DNA of 64,000 nucleotides from Orbicella franksi (Eukaryota): NCBI GenBank assembly GCA_964199315.1, contig OZ116709.1, positions 8,680,001 to 8,744,000 of the forward strand, read 5' to 3'. Shown piece by piece: positions 36,761 to 49,557 of this stretch (position 1 is its first letter; each line of letters starts with the position of its first letter). The notes under the pieces were generated by a model. It saw only the letters and a program-made list of their open reading frames with translations, ran no database searches and was not told where the DNA came from. The position numbers and the translations under genes were made by a program.

Positions 36761-37633
36761 ATGATTCCTCAAGGCGTCAGCGTTGTTTTGATCTTGGGTT
36801 TCTTGCTAACGTCTCCAACACAAGTATCCAGTGAGGCAAAAAGCTGCGCTGCTGTAACGCTGGCCTGGAATGGCTTCGAGGCAAAACTTCCCCTGGGTAA
36901 GGATCCACAGTTTGTGCGCAACCTTGCCGACTGCTTGAATGAAGTCAAGAAACCAGACAGTGAAATTCTAGGCATCATACAACAGCTACCGAAGGTGATA
37001 GATAAAGTACTTCCCGAAGCATGGACAGAAGGATTGGTTCTGCTGTCTATGTACTTCCTTTACAAGAGCTTCTTATTGTACGACGAGGCAAAGATCTTGG
37101 AGGTAAACGTTAAGATCTACCGCGATAAGTTTGAGGCGTTGGAGAAAGAAATGAAACCGTTCAGAAACTTCATAGACACCGAGCTTATTCCACAGTGGGA
37201 AGCAGGTAACACTGCTAACTTGGAAAAGATCGCCGAGGAGTTGCTGAAAAAGATTGGTCGCCACTCTGCAAGACTCCAAGAGTTGACTCAAGCCATTCGC
37301 CAGGATATCAAAACGGGCGGAAGCAATCAGAGGTGGTCTCCTTATGTTGCTGCTGGCGGATTTTTCCTCTGCTTGGGTTCGGTTATAGTTCGTCCAGCTC
37401 CTAACGTGGCCACTCCTCCATCTAGTGGTGTTCTCGGTGATGCTAGCTTCAGTGGGGTGAGCATTCCTATATGTATTCTTGCTATCGGTACTGCAGGTTA
37501 CAGCTGGTTGAGCTACAGTTCTCTTAGCGACTCTACCCTTCCGGAATTGGAGAGGCTGGAAAAGGACGCGACGACCATGGGCCAAGAAATAACGAGGTAT
37601 CAGTCACAACTAAAATTGATCTCGCTAAAATGA
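36761..37633 (+). CDS. Array copy D, intronless, 290 aa (recent duplicate of C)
   Basis: Intact ORF; 21-nt in-frame deletion in the signal n-region relative to C. Confidence 0.85.
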   Translation: MIPQGVSVVLILGFLLTSPTQVSSEAKSCAAVTLAWNGFEAKLPLGKDPQFVRNLADCLNEVKKPDSEILGIIQQLPKVIDKVLPEAWTEGLVLLSMYFLYKSFLLYDEAKILEVNVKIYRDKFEALEKEMKPFRNFIDTELIPQWEAGNTANLEKIAEELLKKIGRHSARLQELTQAIRQDIKTGGSNQRWSPYVAAGGFFLCLGSVIVRPAPNVATPPSSGVLGDASFSGVSIPICILAIGTAGYSWLSYSSLSDSTLPELERLEKDATTMGQEITRYQSQLKLISLK

Positions 37634-39313
37634 GAGGTGAACTCTAAATCTACTGATTAACCCTTTATACTGCCCCTTCAAGCCAGCTGGTCAACACTGA
37701 AATTCTCTCTAATGTTTCCATACAGTCATTAGAGTACTTGTTAGGAGAATTGCTTTTATATTATCTCGGTAATTTCCCAATAATGAACATTACCTAAATC
37801 TTTGACCTATCATTGATTATGCACTCTTTTTTTTTTTTTATAAGAATATTGTTTTTCCGGCTGAGGCTGAATATTCTTATTTTTCCCCCGATTTTAGGCT
37901 TGTGAATATTCTTAGATTATAGCGTATGCATTCATAATTTGCATTTTTATTATTTCGCAATTTCAGGCATTTTTATCCATCGAGGACTAGTTCAGGCAGT
38001 CGAAAGCTTGTAATTTTTCAATCGTTTCAGCCCGAGATCGTTTTAAGTTTTTACCATGTTTTATCCTGGCTGCGCCCCTTCAATATTTTCACACACAAAA
38101 AAATATTTCTTTCAAAATCTCAGCCTCGGGTTTTTTAAAATATTCTTAACATTTTGCAAATTTCATCCTCGATATTCATATAAAATACATTCTTATAAAA
38201 AAGAAAGAGTGTATGCATGTTGACATTTAGAGAGCGGTTTTCAATTGGTCGTCGTAAAACCGAAACCAAAGCTAATTAGAATTGGTTGCAAATACATGTA
38301 ACAGCGTGTGGGCCAAACCGAAAACAACGCTATAAAGCCCAGTGTCTTGCTATCCTCTCAACAACTATAAATTTCTGTAAAGGATACAAAGCTTCAGTTC
38401 TAAAAATTTGATGTTAATGCGAGGTAAATAGCTGACTTAGCTCAGTTTTTCTCTTCATTCGATTGACTGGCAGCTGACTTGAGGCGCGGTAATAGGAAAT
38501 TTCCTGCTCTTCACGGTGATAAATTATGCCATGTCGGAATCATTTCGACTGAAGCCTTTTGATCACTTATTTCAGCAGTGAGCTTGAGCAGTTGTCTAGC
38601 ATATGCTGAGAAATTATACAAACGAAGAGCTAACAAAAACACAAACCGACATCAATGTAGCGCATATTGACAAATGCAAAATATGGTCATTGATTTGCGA
38701 GTCGGCACGTGTGGAATAATTTATTTCTGAAGTATTATTGTAGATGATAGTGCAACTTGTAATGTTAAGTGAAATGTAATTAGATTTTAAGTTTCAACAG
38801 TTACTATTAATGAACACACAGGATATAAAATAATTATACTAAAATACTATAGAAAAAGGGAGAAGCCTCCACAACTAATTGTGAGCATTTAGAAAGTCCA
38901 CAAATCAAACTATTGACTATTTTACACGACTAGATAGAGTAGCTGGTGAAAGCGACATTGTTATTTCCTTCTTTAAATTCGTTATTGTAATGAGTAGGTT
39001 TATTGTAGATTTTATTGCATTTTATTGTACTTTTAAATGTAATTTTTGTCACAATCCAATTGCAATTTTTATCATGATTTTTTTGATTTCGATAATTAAC
39101 AACTACAAGCCCCACTGAGGAGTTTTGAAAAAAATTTATTGTTTAAGGTATAAAACCAAAACTAATGAGAATTCGTGGCAAATAATATACACGTAACAGC
39201 GTACGGGCGATGCCGAAAGGTATGCCAGAAAGCTAAGTGTCAAGTTCTCGTCTCAACAGTGCGTTTCTTCATTAATTTCCCTAAAGGACACAAAGTTCAA
39301 GTTTTGATGTTAT

Positions 39314-39967
39314 GGTGGGACTTAACTTAAAAACACTTAAAAACACACCATGTTTCAAACATTTTTTCGTGGCTAAGAGTTAACTCCAACCCATGGCAAA
39401 GTATACATTCTTAAAAAGCTCAAAAAGCAAAGATTATGAAAAAAATATTTCTGTACCCTATAACTGTATTGTAACCTGACACCGGCTGATTAAATCTGCC
39501 ACCTGCTGGGGAATGCCAGTGCTTACTTGAGAAAAGATAACTCCTACTAGAACTGATCAAAAGGAATAATTTTTACATTTTACAAAAGAAGACAAACAGC
39601 TTGCTGGGATAAGCATAGAGATTTTTGAAAAGTTAAAAGCACGTGAAATGATGACCAGTTAAATCTGATACAGAAAATCTAGCATACGTTTCAATACATA
39701 ACTTAGACAGAATGCACTGGACTGAAAAGTTCTATGCTTATCCCACAGAACGTACTAAAAACAACAAATCCTGAAAATTTTAGCTCAATTGAATAAATCC
39801 TTCTCAAGATATCTTTTCTAGAAGGCGAAAATAACTCGTTTTGAGAAAACGAGCTTTAAACTTACAGTAACAGTACTTGTCAAAATAAAACTTCAATACC
39901 TTAAGATTCGAGTTCCGTAAAAAACAAAACTTCGAATTTCTTTCAGAATTTTAGGTTAAGTCCCGCC
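39314..39967. mobile_element. Non-autonomous DNA transposon, Kolobok-like (TTAA target)
   Basis: GGTGGGACTTAAC...GTTAAGTCCCGCC TIRs; flanks TTAT/TTAA; absent from the homologous sites in the C and E units. Confidence 0.65.
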
Positions 39968-42900
39968 TTAATTGATGAGAGAGAAATAACTGATGACTTT
40001 TCTTATTCTAATCACTTGATCGACTGACAACTGCCTTGAGGTGCGGTAGTAGGAAATTAGCTGTGTGACTTCATAGAGTAGTTGGTCAAAGCTTTAAATT
40101 TGTTCTTGTAATGGGTCGGTTTATTGTAGATTTTATCGTAGTTTTCCACTGTAATTTTCATCATAATCCAATTACAATTTTTCTCATGACTTCTTAATTT
40201 TAGATAATTAACGACGACAAGCCCCACTAAGGAGTTTAAAATGTGAATAGATATAATTTGGACATGTATTTAATCAGCTTAAAAAGTGTACTAATTATAT
40301 TTTAAGTGGGTGGTGTACTATATCTCATAATGTGAAATGAAGTGCATCTTTGAATAAATGTTGAAACTTGATATTGCTCGTTTCTAAATAGAATTTTCTG
40401 TATACTTTTCAAGCACACCCATCCTTTTTGTAGACATTCCTACCCAACCTTTACCATAATACAGGAGATCAGATATATTTCGAAGAAAAGGTAGTTTTTT
40501 TTTCGAAGACGCGCTATAAATAGGACGTTGTTGGTTTTGATTGGTCAAAACTTGAAACCTCCCTCTGGTACACATAGGGTTGCTTGTTAACGATATTGAA
40601 AAGGAAAAGTTAATCCCTTTCTGTTTGTATTTCTTTCGTTATGACGCCACCTTGATTTTTGCCATCATTAAACTGATCAGTGTTAAACAGAAGCGACCGC
40701 TGCATCAGTCACATTATTGCGAAGACAATAACGTGAAATGGAAAAAATGTCTACCTCTCTGTAAGATGCACCTTGGAATAAATGTTGAAACTTAATATTG
40801 CTGTCGTTACTAAAAAGAACTTTCCTAACGAAATATTTGCACTTATATTCCCCTCCACGACCGCTCCACATCAATAAGCATCGTCTTGCTTCAAGGAACA
40901 ACCACTGAATCACAACTCCTGCATCGCCTTTGGTTCCAAGCGTTCACTAAGTTTGACAGCTGCGCATGCTGTTTGGGAATTTGAGACCGTACTCGAGGCC
41001 GGGAGCTTTGGAAATCAAGTTAGGCTTTCAGGAGCTGTTGATAAAGCTGACCGCCGTAGCGAGTTCGTGGAGTTGACGTTACGAGCGTTAACCTCGCAAA
41101 ATGGAGGATTTGGGGTTGTATGTGTTAGAGGAAGAGTGGAAACAGGAAATTCATGAAATATTTACTGAGTTAAATGCAACTCGAGTTCTCTCACCGGCTC
41201 TTATAGCGTTTGCTAGTAGGGCAGGTTGCATCGCCGGCTTTTAAAGCGGCCCCCACTGTTGACGATAACCTTGATCGATTTCTAAGAGAACTCTTTTTTC
41301 AGTGGTTTACAATAAGAATTGTTGCTTTACGTTATCTTTCACCAGTTTGAAGTCTGCAATTCATGTCAGTAATAGTAGTGCGGCTTTGTTTTGCTTGCCC
41401 TGCCGGCTTTTCATCCTTCTGCTGTTTCTTCTTTTTTTTTTACCCAAAATAAGGGGAGGGGGACGCCGGCCCCCCCTTCCCCGGGCCCCTCCCCTAGATC
41501 CACCACTGATCTGTAGACCTGGATGCCTACCCTTTTTAACTCTCTATTTATTTCAGGTAGCCATGCCCCTAACTATAGAGATTTAGGAAACAGAAAAAGA
41601 GGGTAAAACCCTTGGGCTTGAGTGAAGGATGTCATTATTTAGTAGTAGAGCAGTGGCTGTGTTTTACATTGCCCAATGCGAACCTGACACATGTCAGACT
41701 CTGTGCCGTATCCTTTAACTACCTTTCAATTCTCAACTTTGCAACTGCATATAAAGCCCTTGCTACGTTACAGTTTAACAGCAAAACGGCCCGCTTACAG
41801 TCGTCAAAGTTTTTGTAATGAAGCGCCGAAAAGAAGCTTTGTGGGCACAACCAGCAAAATAATTGCTCGGTATGATGCCTGAGTGCGAGGGATAACATTC
41901 CTTGCAATTGCCGTACAATTGAGATGTAGACACATTTAACACTAAATTTTAAATACAAGAGGGAGTATGTTAAATGATTCCCGCTTTTAAAGATTCCTCA
42001 TTTTAAAGATTCTCGCTTTTGAAGAGTCCCCGTTCCCCGTTCCCATTCCCCGATTCCCCGTTCCTCGTTTTAAAGATAGCCAGCTTCGAATTTTAACTCC
42101 GCATATTATTGAAAGGCGTAGTCAACAGAGACGTAATGGCTGAGCTATCGTGAAATCGAAGTGTTTCTATAGTTATCACCGCAGGTCAAGGTTTTCTTAG
42201 AAATGCCTGAGCGACTTGAATTAATTATTCCTACACAAAGAGGATTCACCCAAAGTTTAATTCACTTTATGTTTCATTTCTTTGTGATACTTGGACAAGC
42301 ATTGTCCACTTCGTATTTTTACTATTGTTATTTATATCGCTATCTCTGAGTTGCTCCTTTTACTCAAATATGTTGCTCCATTTGTTTTTGTGTATCATGT
42401 TTTAGTAATATCCTCCATATTGTAAATTATATTGATTACAACTGAAAATGATTTCCGGGAAAGACCGGAACGTATTTTGTAGATAACAAAGAACTGTTTT
42501 TGCATGGTACAAAATAAAAAATGTAGAATCAACTTGCCATGTGTTAAAGTTTTGTTGCGATATTTTTGGGCGGTTATTAAAAGAATATTCCCGTATAATT
42601 CAAGCACAATCTTCTGAGCATACCCACCCCTTTCAAGACATTTCTATCCCCACTTGCGATAACACAGCAGATCATCATTTTGCGACGGAAAAATGTTTTG
42701 TTTTTTTTCCTCGAGTAGGCATTAGAAATGGGACGTGCTTTGTTTTGATTGGCCGCTCCTGCCACTATATTTTGATAAATTATAGCTTGAAAACGAAATT
42801 ATCCCTGCTTGTTTGTATTTCAAAATATCAAGGGTTTTTTCCCCTCTCAATTTCGTTTTTACGCTTCAAAAGGTCGAGAAACAATATTGAGCCTACTTGT

Positions 42901-43658
42901 CATCACTGAGTAGTTTTAAATAAAGGCGGCTTTATTCACACTATGGCTGTACTATCGTGACGTGAAATCGATAAGTTTTCTACAGTTATCACCGCAGATC
43001 ACATTTTTCTTAGAAATACGTGTGTGACTTGAATTAATTATTTCTACACTAGAGGATTCACCCAAAGTTTAATTCGCTTTATGTTTCATTTCTTTGCGAT
43101 ACTTGGACAAGCATTGTCGACTTCGTAGTTTAACAACTGTCGATCCTTTGGCGCAATTTTGCTGCATTTGTTTTTATGCCGAGTATCATGCATTGGTAAT
43201 ACACTGTATCCTCGATAATGCAAATTATATTGATTACAACTAAAAATGGTTTCCGGGAAAAACCGGAACGTATTTTGTAGATTACAAAGAATTATTTCCT
43301 TCTTGTGTAGCACAGGAAATCGATCCAAAGATTGCTTTTCTTTTCCTGGAAGACGCGCTGTAAATAGGACGTGGTCCTGATTGGTCGAAACTTAAAAAGT
43401 GGAAAAACCCTACGTGTTTGATTGTTTTTCCCGTTTTCAATTTCGTTTTCGCTTCACAGCATTTGTACACGTCAGCTACATCCCCTAAATGGTCTCGATC
43501 AAGCATTCCCTCTTGTCTTTCGTCGAAGGAGCTGCTGCTGTTCTTTGTCTGTTTTGAAATCCCCTGCGACATCTCCGCTGGTTAAAGCTTCACTCGGCGG
43601 TTTCATCATATCAGAGGTTCCTCAGTCAGACTTGAAAAGCTTACAACATCCATCTGAG

Positions 43659-44484
43659 ATGACTGTGCGCTTTCGTTTCAGCCTCGCTTTGTTCTTGGCT
43701 TTCTTGTTGACGTCTCCAACGAGAGCATTCATAGACGAAACAAGCTACACTGCTACAGCACAGGCCTGGAATGGCGTCAAGGATAAAATTTCCCTTGGTA
43801 AAGACTCACAGTTTGTGTACAAGTTTGCCGACTGTCTTAATGGCGCCAAGAAAACATGCAGTGAAATTCAAGGAATCATAAACGAGCTACCGGAGGTGAT
43901 AGATAAAGTACTTCCTGTTGCACGGACACAAGGATTGGCTCTGCTTTCGATCTATTTCTTTTACAAGAGCTACTTATTGTACGACGAGGCAAAGATCTTG
44001 GAGGCCAACGTTAAGACCTACCGCGGTAAGTTTGAAACGTTGGAGAAAAAAAATAAAACTGCTCAAAGACTTCATAAACACCGAGCTTATTCCACAGTGG
44101 GAAGCAGGTAACACTGCTAACTTGCAAAAGACCGTCGACAACTTGCTGGCAAAGATGGGTCGCTACGCTCCAGGAGTCCAAGAGTTGACTCAAGCCATTC
44201 GCCAGGATATCAACACGGGCAGAAGCAATCAGAGGAGGTCCATTTTTGTTGCTGTTGGCGGACTTCTCGCCTGCGTGGGATCTTTTATTGCTGGTACACC
44301 TTCTATATGTGCTGTTACTATCGGCACTACCGGTTACAGCTGGTTGAGCTACAGTTCTGTTAGCGACATCCTTCCAAAACTGGAGAGGCTGGAAAAGGCC
44401 GCGACAAACCTGAGCCAAGAAATAACGAGGTATCAGTTAGAACTTGATCTCGCTAAAATGAGAGATGAACTCTACATCCACTGA
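43659..44484 (+). pseudogene. Array copy E; one extra A in an A8 run (44046-44053); 274 aa if repaired (could be an assembly error)
   Basis: MTVRFRFSLALFLAFLLTSP... joins the ORF ending ...LAKMRDELYIH* after removal of one A; paralogs read AAAGAAATG here. Confidence 0.75.
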
Positions 44485-45097
44485 TTAGCCCCTTTATACT
44501 GCCCCTTCAAGCCAGCTGGTCAACACTGAAATTGTCTTTAATGTTTCCATACAGTCGTTAGAGTACTTGTCAGAAGAATTTCTTTTATATTATCTCGCCA
44601 ATTTCCCAATGATGATCATCCCCTAAATCTTTGACCTATCAGTTTTTCCGGCTGAGGCTGAATATTCTTATTTTTCTGCCGATTTTAAGCTTGCGAATGT
44701 TCTTAGATTATAGCGTACGACATTTCGGTTTCCCAGAATGTATTTGGTGTCTAGATAGTGTTTAAGTCTGAATTTTTTTTTTTATCAGCCTGTTATGACG
44801 CATAAATGCAGAAATGTTACTATCATCGAACATACGGCTAGTGCTGTTTTCTCTGTTTCTCGGCCAGTAGTAAAATAATAAAAATGCATCACAATTTGCA
44901 TTTTTATTATTTCGAAATTTCACGCATTTTTATTCAATTTTTTTGTTTTTCTCGTTTCTTGTCATTCACATTTTACCCATCGAAGACTGTAGTTCAGGCA
45001 GTCGAAAGCTTGTAATTTTTAATCGTTTCAGCCCGAGATCGTTTTAAGTTTTTACCATGCTTTATCCTGGCTGTGCCCCTTCAATATTTTCACACAA

Positions 45098-45134
<37 letters not shown>

Positions 45135-47109
45135 TTTAAAATATTCTTAACATTTTGCAAATTTCATCCTCGATATTCATATAAAATACATTCTTATAAA
45201 AAAGAGTGTGTGCATGTTGACATGTAGAGAGCGGTTTTCAATTGGTTGTCGTAAAACCGAAACCAAAACTAATTAGAATTCGTAGCAAATACACGCAACA
45301 TCGTGTGGGCGACACCGAAAACTACGCTAGAAAGCCCAGTGTTTTGCTATCCTCTCAACAATGATAAATTTCTGTAAAGTATACAAAGCTTCAGTTCCAA
45401 AACTTTGATGTTAATGCGAGATAAATAGCTGACTTCCCTCAGGTACTCTCTTCATTCGATTGACTGGCAGCTGACTTGAGGCGCGGTAATAGGAAATTTG
45501 CTGCTGATCACGGTGACAAATTATGCCATGTCGCAATCATTTCGACCGAAGCCTTTTGATCACTTATTTCAGCAGTGAGCTCAAGCAGTTGTCTAACATA
45601 TGTTGAGAAATTATACAAACGAAGAGCTAACAATAACACAAACCTACATCAATGTTGTGCACATTGATAAACGCAAAATATGGTTATTGATCAGCGTGTC
45701 GGTACCTTTGGAATAATTTATTTCTGAAGTATTATTGTAGATGATAGTGCAACTTTTAATGTTAAGTGAAGTTTAATTAGACTTTAAGTTGCAACAGTTA
45801 CTATTAATGAATACGCAGGATATAAAATAATACTAAAATACTGTAGAAAAAGGGAGAATTGTAAGCATTTAGAAAGTCCACAAATCAAACAATTGACTAT
45901 TGAACACGACTAGATAAAGAAGTTGGTGAACGCGACATTGTTATTTCCTTCCTTAAATTTGTTATTGTAATGAGAATGTTTATTGTAGACTTCATTGCAT
46001 TTTATCGTACTTTTAAATGTAATTTTTGTCATAATCCAATTGCAATTTTTGTCATGATTTTTTGATTTGGATAATTAACAACTACAAGCCCCACTGAGGA
46101 GTAATGTTTTAATAAAATTGTATTGTTTAAGGTATAAAACCAAAGCTAATGAGAATTCGTGGCAAATACCAGTGGTGGATCCAGACCTTGAGCTAACGGG
46201 GAGGGGGGTGGGGGGCGGATTTTTTGCTTGGCCTGCCGGCTTTTCTTCCTTCTGCGATTTTTTTTTACCCAAAATAGGAGAGGGGCCTTGCCCAAAACAT
46301 GTAATAGCGTGCGGGCGAAACCGAAAAGTATGCCAGAAAGCCGAGTGTCTTGTTCCCTTCTCAACAATGAGTGTTTCTTTATCAATTTCTATAACGGGCA
46401 CAAAGCTCAAGTTTTAAAAGTTTGATGTTAATTAATGAGAGATAAACAACTGATGACTTTCCTTATTCTAATCACTTGATCGACTGACGACTGTCTTGAG
46501 GTGCGGAATTAGCTGAATGACTACATAGAGTAGTTGGTCAAAGCTGTAAATTTGTTCTTGTAACGGTTTATTGTAGATCTTATTGTATTTTTTACTGCAA
46601 TTTTTATCATAGTCCAACTGCAATTTTCCTCATGACTTCTTAATTTAAGAAAATTAACGACAAGCCCCATGAAGGAGTTTAAGAGGGAATCCACCAGAAG
46701 TTCGAGTAACAACTGGACAAAATCTTTGTACGAAGATTATTTACATCGTATTGCAAACTTCTGTACCACTGCTTTAAATATCTTCTAAAAAAAATCATTT
46801 CTAACAACACCAAATGTCGAAAACAAATTGTGAAGTTCATAAGAAACACTTAAACGTACTGGTGAAATGAAACTGATGTTGAAATTTTACCTGTGGTTGC
46901 ACAATTTCTCTGATTTTTAAAATTTATTTTCTCGAGATTCGATGGGAAATTGTCTTTGGTGTCATTTCATGCTACTGTTTATATCTTTAGCATTTAAAAA
47001 ATGCAAAATTGTTTTTAATATACTTAAAATTATTCTGGTACAAGGTTTTTGTCCACAGTAAACAAAATCACTCGATCACCTATCGGATTTCGTCTTAAAC
47101 ATGTGTATA

Positions 47110-49545
47110 GATAAGATCTGGACATGTATTTAATCTTAAAAAGTGTGCTATTTATATTTTAAGTGGGTGGTGTACTGTATCTCATAATGTGAAATGAAGT
47201 GCATCTTTGAATAAATGTTAAAACTTGATATTGCTCGTTTCCAAATAGAATTTTCTTTTAATCATGTTCAAGCAAACCCATCCATTTTGTAGACATTCTT
47301 ACCCAACCTTTACCATTATAAAAGGAGATCTGATACATTTCGAAGGAAAGTTAGTTTTTTTTTTCCGAAGACGCGCTATGAATAGGACGTTGTTTGTTTT
47401 GATTGGTCAAAGCTTGAAACTCCCTCTGGTACACATAGGGTTGCTTGTTAACGATGTTGAAAAGGAAAAGTTAACCCCAATCTGTTTGTATTTCACAATA
47501 CAACGGTTTTCCTCCTTTCAATTCCGTTTTCACGCTTTAGTTATCACGCTACCTTGATTTTTGCCATCATTAAATTGATCAATGTTAAACAGAAGCAACC
47601 GCTGTATCAGTCATGTTATTGCGAAGACAATAACGTGAAATCGAAGAATGCCTACCTCTGCGTAAGATTCACCTGGAATAAATGTTGAAACTTAATATTG
47701 CTGTCGTTACCAAAAAGAACTTTCCTAACGAAATCTTTGCACCTATATTCCCCTCCACCGCGGGTAACTCGAAAACACTGACCCCCGGTCCGCGGACCCC
47801 CACTACGGACCGGGTCCGCGGACTACCTATAGACCGATCCACGGACTACCCCTACGGAGCCCCTCTACGGACCACCCCCCAAAATAGAATAAAAAAAAAG
47901 AAATAAATACTTCACTTATGGGTTGTCTAGTAGATTACTTGTGTTGGTGAAATTTCGAGTATTATACCGTGCAAATGTAATTAACACCCCCCTAAAAAAA
48001 GCCTCAAAGCTGAAATTTAAATGGCCGAAAAACAAGAATTTGCGTCAGGAGATGCCGATGGTAAAAAGAAGGAAAATTGTTACTTTCCATTCGTGGCTCA
48101 ATCTGGCTATCAAAGATGTGTTTTTAAGTCGTTCAAGATTGTTTACATCTAATTGCGCTGAGCAAATTATGAAGCCTGGAACGAGTTCAGGAATGCTTGT
48201 GAGAGTGGGCTGAACAAAACGGTGGAGGGGAAAGAGCACAAATTTCGAAGCTTCCCGGAGGCTTCCTGGAGGCTTTCACGGTCTTTCATATACAGTATGG
48301 CCACAGCAAAGGAAATGGCAATGTGTAATGATATAACTTGCGCCCGAGCCAGTGAACCCAAGAATGTTACATTTGCAAAATGTAATGTTCGAAATTTCGC
48401 TGACACGATCTATTAGACAACCGATAACTGAAATATTTATTTCTTATTTTTATTCTATTTTGCGGGGTGGTCCGTAGAGGGGGTCCGTAAGGGTAGGTCC
48501 GTGGACCGGCCATAGGTAGTCCGCGGACCCCGGTCCGTAGCGGGTGTCCGCGGACCGGGGGTCAGCGTTTTTGGGTTACCCCTCCACCGCCACCCCTCAA
48601 GATCAATAAGCATCGTTCTGATTCAAGGAACAACCACTTAATTACTACTCCTGCATCGCCTTTGGCTCCAAGCGTTCACTAAGTTTGACAGCTGCGCATG
48701 CTGTTCGGGAATTCGGGACTGTACTCGAGGCCGGGAGCTTTGGAAATCAAGTTAGGCTTTCAGGCGCTGTTGATAGAGTTGATAAAGGTAAATTTACCGC
48801 CGTAGGGAGTATGTGGAGCAGACGTTACGAGCGTTCACCTCGCAAAGTAGAAGATTGTGGGTTGTATGTGTTTATAAAGCGGAGTACGGAGTTGCGCCAT
48901 TGGAGGAAACGTGGCAACAGGAAAATTCATGAATGAGTTACTGAATTTAATGAAACTCCAGTTCTCTCACCGGCTCTTACAGCGTTTGCGAGTATGGTAG
49001 GTTGCATCGCCGGCTTTCAAAGTGGCCCCGACTGCTCACGATTACCTTGATCTATTTCTACGAGAACTCTTTTTGCAGTGGCTTACAATATGAGATATTG
49101 TTTGACGTTGTTTTTCATCGATTTGAAGTTAATAATTTACGTAAAAGTAGTACTTTTAAGCGTGAATAACTGACCTATAGAGAATTCAGAAACAGTAACA
49201 AAGGGTACAACCCTTGGGCTTGAATTAAGGATATCACTTTTTCGAAGTAAAGCAGTGGATGTGTTTAAACATTGCTCAACGCATAGGTTTGTCACCCTTA
49301 AGGAAGAATTTCTGCGCCACTACCTCCCACATAGTTTCCATTCCCAACATAACAATTGCATGTAAAGCCCTTGCTGCGTTACAGTTTCACAGTAAAACGG
49401 CCTGCGTACAAGGCTAATGGCTACAGTTTTTTTAACGACGCGCCAACAAGGAGCTTTGTGCGCACAACCAGGAAAACAATTGCTTGGCATGATGCTTGGG
49501 AATGAGGGATGACATTCCTTGCAATTGCCGTACAATTAACATACA
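47110..49545 (+). repeat. Duplicate of spacer 40250-41915, with no downstream CDS (end of array)
   Basis: Colinear similarity on both sides of the inserted MULE-like element. Confidence 0.8.
47762..48581. mobile_element. Non-autonomous Mutator/MULE-like element, ~150-bp TIRs, 9-bp TSD CTCCACCGC
   Basis: GGGTAAC...GTTACCC ends; TSD at 47753-47761 and 48582-48590; empty homologous site near 40850. Confidence 0.85.
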
Positions 49546-49557
49546 AGTCTATTTTAA

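Larger units (their letters stand above)
30653..40515 (+). repeat. Recent tandem segmental duplication: 30653-35328 vs 35329-40515 (units carrying copies C and D)
   Basis: Near-identical sequence at an offset of ~4676 bp; junction visible at 35328/35329. Confidence 0.9.
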
